Origin: an uncultured Actinomycetota bacterium
GTDB taxonomy: Bacteria; Actinomycetota; Thermoleophilia; RBG-16-64-13
Direction of reading: 5' to 3'
Assembly: GCA_963843515.1 (NCBI GenBank)
Contig: CAWJKH010000009.1
Span: 7,472 to 71,471 of the forward strand
DNA: 64,000 nt
Shown here piece by piece: positions 10,292-19,738 of this stretch. The notes under the pieces are model-generated. The model was not told the DNA's origin. It was given only the letters and a program-made list of their open reading frames with translations, and did not search any database. The translations under genes were made by a program, and so were the position numbers. Position 1 is the stretch's first letter, and each line of letters starts with the position of its first letter.

Positions 10292-10365
10292 TGCCCGATG
10301 GTGTAACGGTAGCACGACTGACTCTGGATCAGTTAGCCGAGGTTCGAATCCTCGTCGGGCAGCCA
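10292..10365 (+). tRNA. tRNA-Gln (anticodon CTG), encoded CCA end
   Basis: Cloverleaf folded by hand. Acceptor tgcccga/tcgggca. Anticodon stem actga/tcagt with loop ctCTGga. T arm cgagg-ttcgaat-cctcg. Discriminator G followed by CCA. Confidence 0.9.
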
Positions 10366-10506
10366 CCTTCCTCGTCTGCTTTCTCTCATCTTTTTCCGCG
10401 CTTTGTCTTTGCTTGACCCCTCTCGTCGATGCTGAGGATGCGAGCCGGTGCCCAGCATCCGCCCGAGTGCCGGGGATCGCATGACACTGCGACAAGGAGG
10501 GAGACG

Positions 10507-11541
10507 ATGCGCACGGCAGCCGGACCGATCACCACATCCGACCTGGGCAAGCGCGGCGCGCCGCTTGGAACGGGGCTGAGCCCGGACTTGCACACGAGTG
10601 GGGGCAGCGCTCCCCGTGAGTGCCTCCTTACGTTGAGAGGGCATGACGGCTACGTGCGCTCGTGTGCCTTCTCCCCGGACGGAGGCCGGATCGCGTCCGC
10701 GGGCACCGACGGCACGGTCAAGGTCTGGGACGCAACCACCGGCGAGTGCCTGTTGACCCTGGGTGGCCACCGGGGCACGGTGGAATCGTGTGCCTTCTCA
10801 CCGGACGGACGCCGGGTGGCCTCCGGCGGACATGACCTGGTGCTGAAGCTCTGGGACTTGGGAACCGGCGCCTGCGAAGCCACTATGGCGGGTCATGGCG
10901 AGGCCGTGACCGCCTGCGCATTCTTCCCCGATGGCCGGCGCATCATCTCGGCGAGCCACGACCGCACCCTCAGGTTGTGGGAAACCAACACCGCCACCTG
11001 CCTGCGCGCGCTCGGCGGCCACTCCTTGGCGGTGAACTCCTGCGCCGTCTCGACGGACGGGACCACCGTGGCCTCGGGAAGCGCCGACGGGACACTCAAG
11101 CTGTGGCATCCCGATACGGGAAAGTGCCTACGCACTCTCAAGGGTCATAGGGGGCCGGTGGAGGCGTGTGCCTTCTCGCCCGACGGACGCCAGTTGGTTT
11201 CCGCCGGCGCGGACGACACTCTCAAGACATGGGGCACCGACAGGGGCAGGTGCCTGCGGACCTTCCGGGGCCACTCCCAGGGTGTGCAGACCTGCGCCTT
11301 TTCCCCCGGCGGAGAGCGGATCGTCTCGGGGAGCGTCGACCGGACCGTGAAGCTCTGGGACCCGCAGTCCGGCGCGTGTGAGAGCACCCTGCACGGCCAC
11401 AGCCACACGGTGTGGGCCTGTGCTATATCGCCCGACGGAGAGCGCGTGGTCTCCTCGGCCGGGGACCGGACGCTCAAGGTCTGGGGGTGGGACTACCCGG
11501 CCGGGCGGGAGTACCAGGCCGACGACCGCTGGGCTGATTAA
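10507..11541 (+). CDS. WD40-repeat protein (seven-bladed beta-propeller, no other domain)
   Basis: Seven 42-aa repeats of the form 'GH...V..CAFSPDG..I.S...D.T.K.WD'. ATG at 10507 follows AAGGAGGGAG. Confidence 0.9.
   Translation: MRTAAGPITTSDLGKRGAPLGTGLSPDLHTSGGSAPRECLLTLRGHDGYVRSCAFSPDGGRIASAGTDGTVKVWDATTGECLLTLGGHRGTVESCAFSPDGRRVASGGHDLVLKLWDLGTGACEATMAGHGEAVTACAFFPDGRRIISASHDRTLRLWETNTATCLRALGGHSLAVNSCAVSTDGTTVASGSADGTLKLWHPDTGKCLRTLKGHRGPVEACAFSPDGRQLVSAGADDTLKTWGTDRGRCLRTFRGHSQGVQTCAFSPGGERIVSGSVDRTVKLWDPQSGACESTLHGHSHTVWACAISPDGERVVSSAGDRTLKVWGWDYPAGREYQADDRWAD
10642..11493 (+). repeat. Internal 126-bp tandem coding repeats (WD40 blades, 7 copies)
   Basis: Periodic 'CAFSPDG' and 'LK(L/V)WD' strings every 42 codons. 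Confidence 0.8.
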
Positions 11542-11879
11542 CCTCCGCGCTCCATGATGGTGGCCAGCCACCAGCGCTGCTTCTTCTTGCGAGCGCGGGG
11601 CTGCCGGTCGAAGTAGATCTCCATCTCTTGGCCGTCGGCGGTCTCTACCCTGAACCAGTGTCTGCGGACGTACTGCTCCCCGCTGCCGTGCCGGCACGGC
11701 CCGGTGGTCTTCCACTTCTCGAGCACCCGAACCACCTCGTACTCCTCGCCGCGCCAGACGAACCGGATCGGCAGGCCCGGCTCGCCACCCGGCATCGCCG
11801 CGACGTCGAACGAGCCCTCCACCGGGGTGATCGGTTCGGAGACAAACTCCCTGCGATGAGTGGCGCGAGACTCCGTCAT
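11538..11879 (-). CDS. conserved hypothetical protein (113 aa)
   Basis: ATG at 11879. Basic/aromatic core 'RFVWRGEEYEV..LEKWKTTGPCRHGSGEQYVRRHWFRVETADG'. I do not know its function. Confidence 0.55.
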   Translation of the reverse strand: MTESRATHRREFVSEPITPVEGSFDVAAMPGGEPGLPIRFVWRGEEYEVVRVLEKWKTTGPCRHGSGEQYVRRHWFRVETADGQEMEIYFDRQPRARKKKQRWWLATIMERGG

Positions 11880-11991
11880 GTGCTCCCCACAAATCCCCGA
11901 GCGGTCCATAGTCACGCTATGGTACTCGTCTTCCCTCAACCGTGAGACAATACGCACGAAGGTTTTCTTCAGCAGCAAGGAGAGTATTTCT

Positions 11992-12240
11992 ATGCCTGGT
12001 TGGTTAGGGCCCTGGGAAATCATAATCGTCGTCGTGATCATCCTGCTCGTGTTCGGCGGCAGGTTGATCCCGCGCCTGGGCCGTTCGCTCGGCAGTTCCG
12101 TGGTGGGACTCAAGAAGGGCATCAAAGAGGGCGAAGAGGGCTTCAAGACGGCCATCAAGGAAGATGCCGACATCGACGCCGCGGCCGAGGTCAAGACGGA
12201 CGAGGAACCAAAGAGCACTCCCAAGAGCCCGGTGGCCTGA
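11992..12240 (+). CDS. tatA: twin-arginine translocase TatA/TatE family subunit
   Basis: ATG follows AAGGAGAG. 'GPWEIIIVVVIILLVFGGRLIPRLGRSLGSSVVGLKKG' is the canonical TatA TM helix, hinge and amphipathic helix. Confidence 0.9.
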   Translation: MPGWLGPWEIIIVVVIILLVFGGRLIPRLGRSLGSSVVGLKKGIKEGEEGFKTAIKEDADIDAAAEVKTDEEPKSTPKSPVA

Positions 12241-12340
12241 CGGTTCACGGATTGCGCATGGTCTGACGATCGCGGAGGCCCCTGTGGCGGGTGCCGTTCG
12301 GCCTCCGAGCGTCCGTGGCGACGCGGAAAGGAGCGGGGTT

Positions 12341-12721
12341 GTGGCTGAGCAGCAGGCGGATTCCACCGCGAGGGATATGGTCGGACGGCTCGAGCGCGCC
12401 ATCAACGACCGCGATCTCGAAGGCCTCATCAGGCTATTCCACCCCGAGGTCGTCGTAGAGTACCCTGCCCACCCGTCCCGGAACTTTCGCGGGCGAGACC
12501 AGATCTGGCGGAACTGGGCCCCGATCATGGCTAAGCTCGACGACTTCAAGGCGACGGCGGTCCGTTGGGCCGTGACTGACGATGCGGTCTGGGTCGAGTG
12601 GCTGTGGCAGGGCCGGCAGGCCGACGGGTCTCCTGGTGACCAGGCGGGCATCGTCATCCATGAGCTCGAGGGTGATCAGATACGTCACGTTCTCTTCTAC
12701 CTGGAGCCTGTCGACAAGTAG
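12341..12721 (+). CDS. NTF2-fold (SnoaL-like) protein
   Basis: 126 aa from the GTG after GGAGCGGGG. The 'LERAINDRDLEGLIRLFHPEVVVEYP...W.VTDDAVWVEW' pattern is typical of SnoaL/DUF4440-type proteins. Confidence 0.6.
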   Translation: MAEQQADSTARDMVGRLERAINDRDLEGLIRLFHPEVVVEYPAHPSRNFRGRDQIWRNWAPIMAKLDDFKATAVRWAVTDDAVWVEWLWQGRQADGSPGDQAGIVIHELEGDQIRHVLFYLEPVDK

Positions 12722-12867
12722 AGTCTGGGGGCGCCCGTTCGCAGGCCCGACAAGCGTTCGCAGGCGCGACAAGCCCTCACTAACCGGAACCCCCCAGGGT
12801 ATCGACCCGTCCCAGGCCCGGAGTTCTAGACAGCCCGGTCGAAGAGTTGCCCACAGGAGGGGTCCTC

Positions 12868-14286
12868 GTGAACAGAGCGATAGCCTGCTCGCCCGCCACA
12901 CACCGCCGGCGGCGGATCGGATGGGCCTTATCCGCCGCCATGCTTGTTCTTATCCTCGCCGGCCTGCCGATCCTCGCCGGCTGCAACGTCCAGGCCGGGG
13001 TTGACACCACGGTCAATACCGACGGCTCGGGGACGGTGGGGATGCGCCTGGTGGCCGACAAGGAGCTCCAGGACGCCCTGTCCGGTGTAGTGCAAGGCGT
13101 GGGAGGAGAGGCTGGGGCGATCCTCGGCATCCTGGGTGAGCTGGGAGCTTTTACAGACACCCCGCTCAGCGCGGATGACCTCTTCGATCTGATCCTCGGT
13201 CAGATTCCTGGGGACTGGACCGTCGAGAGAGGCACAGACGACTCAGGCGCGCGCTGGATCACCCTCACCCGACCCTTCTCCAGCCCGGAGGAACTCGAGC
13301 AGATCCTCTCCGGTCGGTTCCTCGGCGCCGTCATCGCCACCGACCAGCTTTCGCTGACCCAGGACCAGGGATTCTTCGCTTCCACGACCTCCTACTCGGC
13401 GACGGCCGATGCCGGGTCGATCACATCCCGCGGAGAATCGGTGACCGGGTACACCCAGGCTATTCTGGGCGACCTGCTCACTGTCGAGAACCGGGTGACG
13501 CTACCCGGCAGTATCAAAGACAACAATGCGGATGAGGTGCGCGGGAACACGCTGGTATGGACCATGGGGACCTCCGGCGCTCGGGAGATGTCTGCTCAGA
13601 GTACGGTGTACCACTGGGGAGCGATCATCGGCGTGATCATAGCCGGACTGGTGGTCGTCATCGGCGGCGTCGTGGCCGCGATCCTTCTCGCTCGCCGGCG
13701 GAAGCCGGCGCCCCAGCCGCCCGCAGAAACTCAGGCTTCGGAAGCGCTGACGGCCGCCCCGGAGGCCGCTGCGCCGACGGCAGAAGTCGCCGCAATCACT
13801 CCACCGCCGGCGCCTGCCGCAGAAGTGGCCGGCGCAGCGGCGGCGGTCGGCGCGACCGAGGCCCCGATAGCTGAAGAAGAAGAGCCGGCTCCCACGCCGG
13901 CGGAGGTGGCGCCCGCGGAGGCAGTTGCGGACGAGCAGGCCGAGCCGGCACCGCCCATCGTTCCAGCGGCAGAACCGGAGGTCCCGGCCGACGAACCCGA
14001 ACTCCCTGCAGAAGAACCGGAAGTCCCCGCAGTGCCCGCAGAAGCGGCACCGGACACTATGCCGCCTGTCGGAGCGGCTACAGGAGCAGCGGCGGCGGCG
14101 GAAAGCGCACCCCGGCCCATAGTACCCATCCCCCTGCGGCCCACGAAGGCCCAGCCGGCTCGGAACGACGCGCCGGAAGTGGCCCCCGACGCCGGCCCGG
14201 AGGCCACAGGGGACATCCCGGAAGAGGGAGCCGCGGCACAGGGCGGGCGGGCGCAAGCGCCAGAAGACGGGTCGCCCTCGCCCTGA
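12868..14286 (+). CDS. LppM-like (DUF3153-type) lipoprotein with a C-terminal TM helix and a Pro/Ala/Glu-rich tail
   Basis: GTG follows AGGAGGGG. Lipobox 'LAGC'. Extracytoplasmic domain, then TM 'WGAIIGVIIAGLVVVIGGVVAAILL' and a ~190-aa low-complexity PAE tail. Confidence 0.55.
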   Translation: MNRAIACSPATHRRRRIGWALSAAMLVLILAGLPILAGCNVQAGVDTTVNTDGSGTVGMRLVADKELQDALSGVVQGVGGEAGAILGILGELGAFTDTPLSADDLFDLILGQIPGDWTVERGTDDSGARWITLTRPFSSPEELEQILSGRFLGAVIATDQLSLTQDQGFFASTTSYSATADAGSITSRGESVTGYTQAILGDLLTVENRVTLPGSIKDNNADEVRGNTLVWTMGTSGAREMSAQSTVYHWGAIIGVIIAGLVVVIGGVVAAILLARRRKPAPQPPAETQASEALTAAPEAAAPTAEVAAITPPPAPAAEVAGAAAAVGATEAPIAEEEEPAPTPAEVAPAEAVADEQAEPAPPIVPAAEPEVPADEPELPAEEPEVPAVPAEAAPDTMPPVGAATGAAAAAESAPRPIVPIPLRPTKAQPARNDAPEVAPDAGPEATGDIPEEGAAAQGGRAQAPEDGSPSP

Positions 14287-14429
14287 GCGCGCCCTCGAGC
14301 ACACCGGGGTGGCGGCCTCGGCCACGCTGGGTTTGGCCGCCTCAACGGGCTCGCGCGCGACCTCGCCTTGTTGAAGCGCGCGGGAGGTGTTATACATCCC
14401 TGAACCCGTACAGGAGGTACCGGTCCGCC

Positions 14430-15644
14430 GTGAAGTCCAGCAAGATCGCCCTGCTCGTCGTGTCGATCAGTCTGCGCACTGTCGCTGATGATGCTGCTGA
14501 CGGGCTGCTCCCTCTTCCGACGACCACGACCACCACGACCTCCACCTCCCCACCCACGACGCAGTCGACCACCGCGACCACTCAGCCCACGGGAACCCCC
14601 CCGGACACCGGAGCCGCCATGTTCAGGGCCGATCCGGCTCGCACCGGCGTCTACCCTGCGGGCGGACCGGTTCAGGCCGGTAGCGTCATCTGGAAGTTCC
14701 AGACAGAGGACACCACCAACGGCATCCCCTGGTCGTGCGCGGCAGTGTACGCGGGCGTGGCCTACTTCGGCGCGGCCGACAGCTATGTCTACGCCGTGGA
14801 TATCCAGACCGGGCAGCAGAAATGGAAGGCCAAGACGGGCAAGGCGGTGTGGTCGTCTCCAGCCGTGTCCGGCGGGATCGTCTACGTGGGCAGCGACGAC
14901 GCGTACCTCTATGCCCTGGACCTGCAGAACGGTACCGAGAAGTGGAAATTCAAGACGCTCTACGGGATCGTATCCGCTCCTGTCGTCTCAGATGGCACGG
15001 TCTATGTGGGCAGTGGTGACGGCTATCTCTACGCAGTTGACGCGCAGGCAGGCACCCAGAAATGGAAGGCGGGCGGCGGCAGCGCAGTCAATTCCTCGCC
15101 GGCCGTCGTGGGCGGAGTCGTCTACTTCGGCGGCGCCGACAAGTACCTCCACGCGGTCGACGCACAGACCGGGGAGCAGAAGTGGCAGTCGCCGACCGGG
15201 GCGGCCATCTGGTCCTCGCCGACGGTCGCCGGCGGGACGGTATATGTGGGGAGCTACGATGAGTTCCTCCACGCCTTCGACGCTCAGACGGGGCAGAAGA
15301 AGTGGAACTTCAAGACCGGAGGCGGCGTGGCCTCCTCGCCGGCGATAGCCAACGGGACCGTCTATGTAGGAAGCGACGACATGTTCCTCTACGCCGTCGA
15401 CGCGCAGACGGGTCAGGAGAAATGGAAGCTGCAGGTCGGCAACATCCTTCGGTGCTCCCCGGTAGTCTCGGACAACGTCGTCTACGTCGGGAGTCCCGAC
15501 TCCTACGTCTACGCGGCAGACGCCCAGACCGGTCAGGAGAAATGGAAGCTCCAGCCGGGCGGCGCCATCTGGGGCTCGCTGTCCGTCGCGGGCGGGACGG
15601 TCTTGGTGGGTACCCTCGACGGCTTCCTCTACGCGATCAAGTAG
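14430..15644 (+). CDS. PQQ-like (BamB-type) eight-bladed beta-propeller repeat protein, probably a lipoprotein
   Basis: Eight repeats 'Y(L/V)YA(V/L)DAQTGQ.KWK'. Thr/Pro linker 'TTTTTTTSTSPPTT'. The signal region appears to pass through an alternate frame at 14473-14514 (see findings). Confidence 0.85.
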   Translation: MKSSKIALLVVSISLRTVADDAADGLLPLPTTTTTTTSTSPPTTQSTTATTQPTGTPPDTGAAMFRADPARTGVYPAGGPVQAGSVIWKFQTEDTTNGIPWSCAAVYAGVAYFGAADSYVYAVDIQTGQQKWKAKTGKAVWSSPAVSGGIVYVGSDDAYLYALDLQNGTEKWKFKTLYGIVSAPVVSDGTVYVGSGDGYLYAVDAQAGTQKWKAGGGSAVNSSPAVVGGVVYFGGADKYLHAVDAQTGEQKWQSPTGAAIWSSPTVAGGTVYVGSYDEFLHAFDAQTGQKKWNFKTGGGVASSPAIANGTVYVGSDDMFLYAVDAQTGQEKWKLQVGNILRCSPVVSDNVVYVGSPDSYVYAADAQTGQEKWKLQPGGAIWGSLSVAGGTVLVGTLDGFLYAIK

Positions 15645-15704
15645 GGCGTGCCGCCCCGGGGCCCGCTGAGGGCCGGCGGGCAGACGCTCTCAGCCCCCGC
15701 TCTC

Positions 15705-17282
15705 TCAGCGGGCGGCCGCCACGAACTCGGCCGCTTCGTCGGCCTGGGTCTCGGCTGCGCCGGTTTCGTCGGCCTCCACTTCGAGTAGCACGGCGTCACC
15801 ACCCACCACGTCGGCCACCGCCACATCTGCGGCCGCCCCGTAAGGCACCTCATGGGGCCGCAGCGTGGCCCAGGCCTCGTCGGCCAGTTCCCGGAAATCG
15901 GCCGCATACTGGTCCATGGCGTGGGCATAGGTGGTGATAAGGTCCTCGGCCCCAGGGTGAGTCGGATGAGCCCCGGTTGTGCACACCGCCTCGCGGATGA
16001 CGTTGGGCTCATCTATGAGCATGCAGGGACGCAGCAGGTTTTCGCTGAACGGCTGCCGGGCCTGGATGGCGCGGAAGAAGGGCGACTTGAGCACCTCGGT
16101 GAGGGGCTTCTCCTTGATGTTGTCGGCCGCGAAGTGCGTGAAGATGCAAGGCTCCACGTCGCCCGTGGACGTGATGTGCATGTACGCCCGTCCACCTGCG
16201 ATGCACCCGCCCACATGCGGGGCGTCGTTCCAGAAATCCATGACGAATAGAGGCTTCTCGCTCCGGATGCGCTCGGCGCCATTGACCCGCAGATACTCGC
16301 GCTGCTCTGGAGTGGGCATGAGTGACAGGTCGGGATCGGCTCCCACCGGCATGTAGAGGAAGTGGAACCCGAACAGGCAGCCCTGTCCAATGAGGTAGTT
16401 GCAGAACTCGTCGCTGCTGGCCTCGAGGTAGTTGCGCGAGGTGACCATGGTGGAGAAGCCGAAGGGGATCTTGTGATGGCGAAGAAGGGCCATGGCCCGC
16501 TCGGTGCGTCTAAGCGCACCAAGCCCGCGCCGTGCGTCGTTGGTGGCCTCGCATCCGTCGACGCTGAAGCAGACAGCGACGTTCGCCGCCTTCGCCAGTC
16601 GGGCGGCCACCCCGTCATCGATCAGGCTACCGTTGCTGAAAACCAGGAAGTCGCAGTCGGAGTTCCGCTCGAACAGGTCGAGCACGTCCTTGCGGATGAA
16701 GGGCTCGCCTCCCAGCAAGGTGTACGCGTAGATGCCCAGTTCACGGCCTTCGGTCACGATCCGGTCGACGACCTCCATGGGCAGGTCGTCCTTCTGGTCG
16801 TACTCGCCGGCGTAGCATCCTGCGCAGGCCAGGTTGCAGCGCATGGTTGGGCTCATGAGAATAATGAATGGGGCCTTGGCGTCGTTGGCCCGTTCCCAAG
16901 CGCTGCGCCGCGCCCCTCCCTGCCACAGGGAATTCACCAGCAAGTTCGACACGGTGCGCGACAGATACTTGGACGAAGTGCTGTGGATAGCCCTGAGAAT
17001 GAGCTGCATCGCCACCGGCGGTGGATCCTGCTGGAGGGCGTTGTCGAAATACTCCCGCCAGATCTTCGCGTTGTGTCTCTGGTATTCGCTCGTTCCCAGA
17101 GTCTCGGCCAGACGGGCCATCCGGATGAGGTTCTTCTCGGGATTGGAGCTCAGCAGCTTGAGCATCTCGCCAAGGGCGATCTCCGTCGAACGCTGCTTGA
17201 GCCTCCCCACGCCAGCTACCATGCCGCCTCCGGACGTCGCTCTTGGTATTTGGAGATTGTCGCTAGGGATTGTTCCCACCAT
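15705..17282 (-). CDS. radical SAM protein with a C-terminal auxiliary-cluster (SPASM/twitch-like) region, 525 aa
   Basis: 'MRCNLACAGCYAGEY' (CX3CX2C), 'LLGGEPF', and downstream 'GGCIAGGRAYMHITSTGDVEPCIF...LRPCMLID'. A ~130-aa N-terminal extension is present. Confidence 0.85.
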   Translation of the reverse strand: MVGTIPSDNLQIPRATSGGGMVAGVGRLKQRSTEIALGEMLKLLSSNPEKNLIRMARLAETLGTSEYQRHNAKIWREYFDNALQQDPPPVAMQLILRAIHSTSSKYLSRTVSNLLVNSLWQGGARRSAWERANDAKAPFIILMSPTMRCNLACAGCYAGEYDQKDDLPMEVVDRIVTEGRELGIYAYTLLGGEPFIRKDVLDLFERNSDCDFLVFSNGSLIDDGVAARLAKAANVAVCFSVDGCEATNDARRGLGALRRTERAMALLRHHKIPFGFSTMVTSRNYLEASSDEFCNYLIGQGCLFGFHFLYMPVGADPDLSLMPTPEQREYLRVNGAERIRSEKPLFVMDFWNDAPHVGGCIAGGRAYMHITSTGDVEPCIFTHFAADNIKEKPLTEVLKSPFFRAIQARQPFSENLLRPCMLIDEPNVIREAVCTTGAHPTHPGAEDLITTYAHAMDQYAADFRELADEAWATLRPHEVPYGAAADVAVADVVGGDAVLLEVEADETGAAETQADEAAEFVAAAR

Positions 17283-17423
17283 GCTACAACTCTCACGCTT
17301 TGCGGGGAAGCCTGCTGAGCCCCTATACTGGGCGGCAGGGCGATCGCATTCCAGGTCTGGGGGATCGAAGCGGTGCAGCAGGACGTCACGAGCGGCAGCG
17401 AAGAGAGATCCACGCCTGGCACG

Positions 17424-18593
17424 ATGCAGCGCGATGGGGCCAGCGGATCGAACGTGCCTCGCTCGCTTTTCATCACCAACGACTTCCCCCCACGCATAGG
17501 GGGCGCGCAGTCGTACTACTGGGGACTGATACAGCTTCTCGACCCGACAGACGTCATCATCATCGCCCCGGATCAGCCCGGAGGCCAGGACTTTGACACT
17601 TCACATCCGTATACCGTCCACCGGTACCCGCTGGAACAACTGCGCCCCACGCGGGGACTGCTGCGGCTCTCCCTTGCGCTCATCGAACAATACGGGCTGG
17701 AGTTGGTCCAATTCGGCCATCCATTGCCCACGGGCCTTTTGGGCCCCAGTATCACAAAGCGTAGCGGTCTGCCGTATATCGTGTTCCTGGGTGGAGCCGA
17801 GGTCACCGTCCCCGCGGCCATGCCTATCGGCTCATCGCTGTTGCGCCACGTTCTGGGCAACGCGGCCCTTCTGGCCACGGTCAGCGACTTCACCGCTTCG
17901 GTGGCCGCGAAGGAGGTGCGCGGGCGGGTGCCGGCCGTCACCTTACGGCCTCCTCTGGACGGCGCATTCAATCTGCCGCCCTTGCCTGGGAAGGTCGAGG
18001 CCAAAGCTGAACTGGGGATCGACGGAGAATTGGTCATCATCATCGGCCGGCTCGTTCCGCGCAAGGGCCAGGACCGCCTCATCGAAGCGCTTGCCCTGCT
18101 CAGCGACGAGTACCCGCGCCTGAATCTCGCCATCATCGGTGGCGGGCGTATGGAGAAGCGCCTCAAACACACGGCGGCGTCGCTCGACGTGGACGAACGA
18201 GTGCTCATGACCGGGGCGCTGGATACCGAAGATCTGAAGATCTGGCTGAGGGCGGCCGACATCTTCGCCTGTCCCTGCCGCACCCGCTGGGGGGGCCTCG
18301 AGGTGGAGGGCTTCGGCATCGTGTTCGCCGAAGCGTCGTTGGCCCGCTTGCCGGTACTCGCCGGCCGGTCCGGCGGCGCCCCGGAGAGCGTCAAGAGTGG
18401 CGAGACGGGCATCATCCCGGCGGGTGATTCGAGCGAGGAGGTGGCGGAGGCTCTGCGCCGGCTGCTCGCGCTGACCCCTGACGCCCGCGCCGCGATGGGG
18501 GAGCGGGCCAGGGAGTTCACCCTCTCCCGGCACTCGCCGGAAGTCGTGGCCATACAGTACCGGGAACTGCTGGCCAGGGCGGTGAGGGCCTGA
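17424..18593 (+). CDS. GT4 glycosyltransferase, PimB-like (phosphatidylinositol mannoside mannosyltransferase-like)
   Basis: The N-terminal 'LFITNDFPPRIGGAQSY' signature is shared with the mycobacterial PimB(Rv2188c) type. C-terminal 'EGFGIVFAEA...P.LAGRSGGAPE' (the EX7E region). Confidence 0.75.
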   Translation: MQRDGASGSNVPRSLFITNDFPPRIGGAQSYYWGLIQLLDPTDVIIIAPDQPGGQDFDTSHPYTVHRYPLEQLRPTRGLLRLSLALIEQYGLELVQFGHPLPTGLLGPSITKRSGLPYIVFLGGAEVTVPAAMPIGSSLLRHVLGNAALLATVSDFTASVAAKEVRGRVPAVTLRPPLDGAFNLPPLPGKVEAKAELGIDGELVIIIGRLVPRKGQDRLIEALALLSDEYPRLNLAIIGGGRMEKRLKHTAASLDVDERVLMTGALDTEDLKIWLRAADIFACPCRTRWGGLEVEGFGIVFAEASLARLPVLAGRSGGAPESVKSGETGIIPAGDSSEEVAEALRRLLALTPDARAAMGERAREFTLSRHSPEVVAIQYRELLARAVRA

Positions 18594-18637
18594 GCACCGA
18601 AGAAAAGGGGCCGGCCGCGGACCGGAGCGACGACCCG

Positions 18638-19738
18638 GTGCCCCAGTCGGCGATCGAGAGCAGCGTGCTCGCGCCCCCCACCGGCACTTTCGACGCAGCC
18701 TCTGCGGCCGCATCGGCTGAGACCTCCGCCAATGCGGCCGCCCCGGGCGTCGTACGTTGGCGCCGCCTACTTTTCAACCTGGCCGCCGGTCTTGCCGTCG
18801 CCGCGGTTGTCATCGTGATCGCGGGTTCTCGTCTGGGGCCGCAGATAGCCAAAACGGACCTTGGCAACGCTCGTTACCCGTTCCTGGCTCTGGCCGGGCT
18901 GTGCCTCCTCATCGTGCTGCTCACGGAGGCCTTCACTCTGGTGGTGATCGCCCGCGCCCTGTGTCCGAAAGCGTCTACGTGGGGAATATTCGGCGTGGCC
19001 ATGGAATCGCTGCTGGTGGGGGGCGCAACGTCGTTCGGCGGGCTCGAGATCCCCTACCAAGTAGTCCGCCTCCGCTATTCCGGCCTAAGCGCCACGCAGG
19101 CCACCTCCGCGGTGATCGTCAAAGGGCTCATCCACACATCGCTGCTGGTCATCGTAGCGGCGGTGGCGCTCGTTCCGGCTATCGGGACCCGGCTGACCAG
19201 CCTCCAGCGATGGATCCTCATCGCCGTGATACTGGCGGTGATAGCTGGCTGGATCATCGCCGGCCTGTGGACGCACAAGCCGGTCGGCATGCGCCTATTG
19301 CCGGGGCGGGTGCGGAAGTACACGGACTCGTTTCGAGAGGCCAATATGGTGCTGTTCCACGCAGGATGGAGGGCCATCGTCAGCACCGTCACGCTGCAGG
19401 CCGTCTACTGGGTGGCCATGTTCTCCATCATCCCGCTGATCTTGATGGCGCTCGGCTACCAGGGCGGGCTACTGCACGTGATCGTCGCCCAGGCCGCCCT
19501 TCAGGTGATCATGCCTTTCTCGCCTCTGCCGGGCGGAGCGGGGGTGGCAGAACTGGGCTACCTAGGCCTGATAGGCGCGACCATCCCCCCCGACATCCGG
19601 GTGTCGAGTCTGCTCCTATGGCGTATCTTTACCTGGCTCGTCCCCATGACTATAGGAGCACTGGCGATAGGTACCCGGGTGGTCATATCGGGCAGGAAGA
19701 ACCGGGCAGCTCGGCGGCAGGTCTCACGTGTCGCGTGA
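18638..19738 (+). CDS. flippase-like (lysylphosphatidylglycerol-synthase TM-region/UPF0104) membrane protein
   Basis: About eight TM helices. 'PLPGGAGVAELG' near the C-terminus is typical of this family. The start is uncertain. Confidence 0.6.
   Translation: MPQSAIESSVLAPPTGTFDAASAAASAETSANAAAPGVVRWRRLLFNLAAGLAVAAVVIVIAGSRLGPQIAKTDLGNARYPFLALAGLCLLIVLLTEAFTLVVIARALCPKASTWGIFGVAMESLLVGGATSFGGLEIPYQVVRLRYSGLSATQATSAVIVKGLIHTSLLVIVAAVALVPAIGTRLTSLQRWILIAVILAVIAGWIIAGLWTHKPVGMRLLPGRVRKYTDSFREANMVLFHAGWRAIVSTVTLQAVYWVAMFSIIPLILMALGYQGGLLHVIVAQAALQVIMPFSPLPGGAGVAELGYLGLIGATIPPDIRVSSLLLWRIFTWLVPMTIGALAIGTRVVISGRKNRAARRQVSRVA

Noticed and set aside
10292-11541. tRNA-Gln as an integration site for a genomic island
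   Set aside because: No integrase, no direct repeat of the tRNA 3' end that I could find downstream, and the following genes (WD40, tatA, etc.) have host-like composition.
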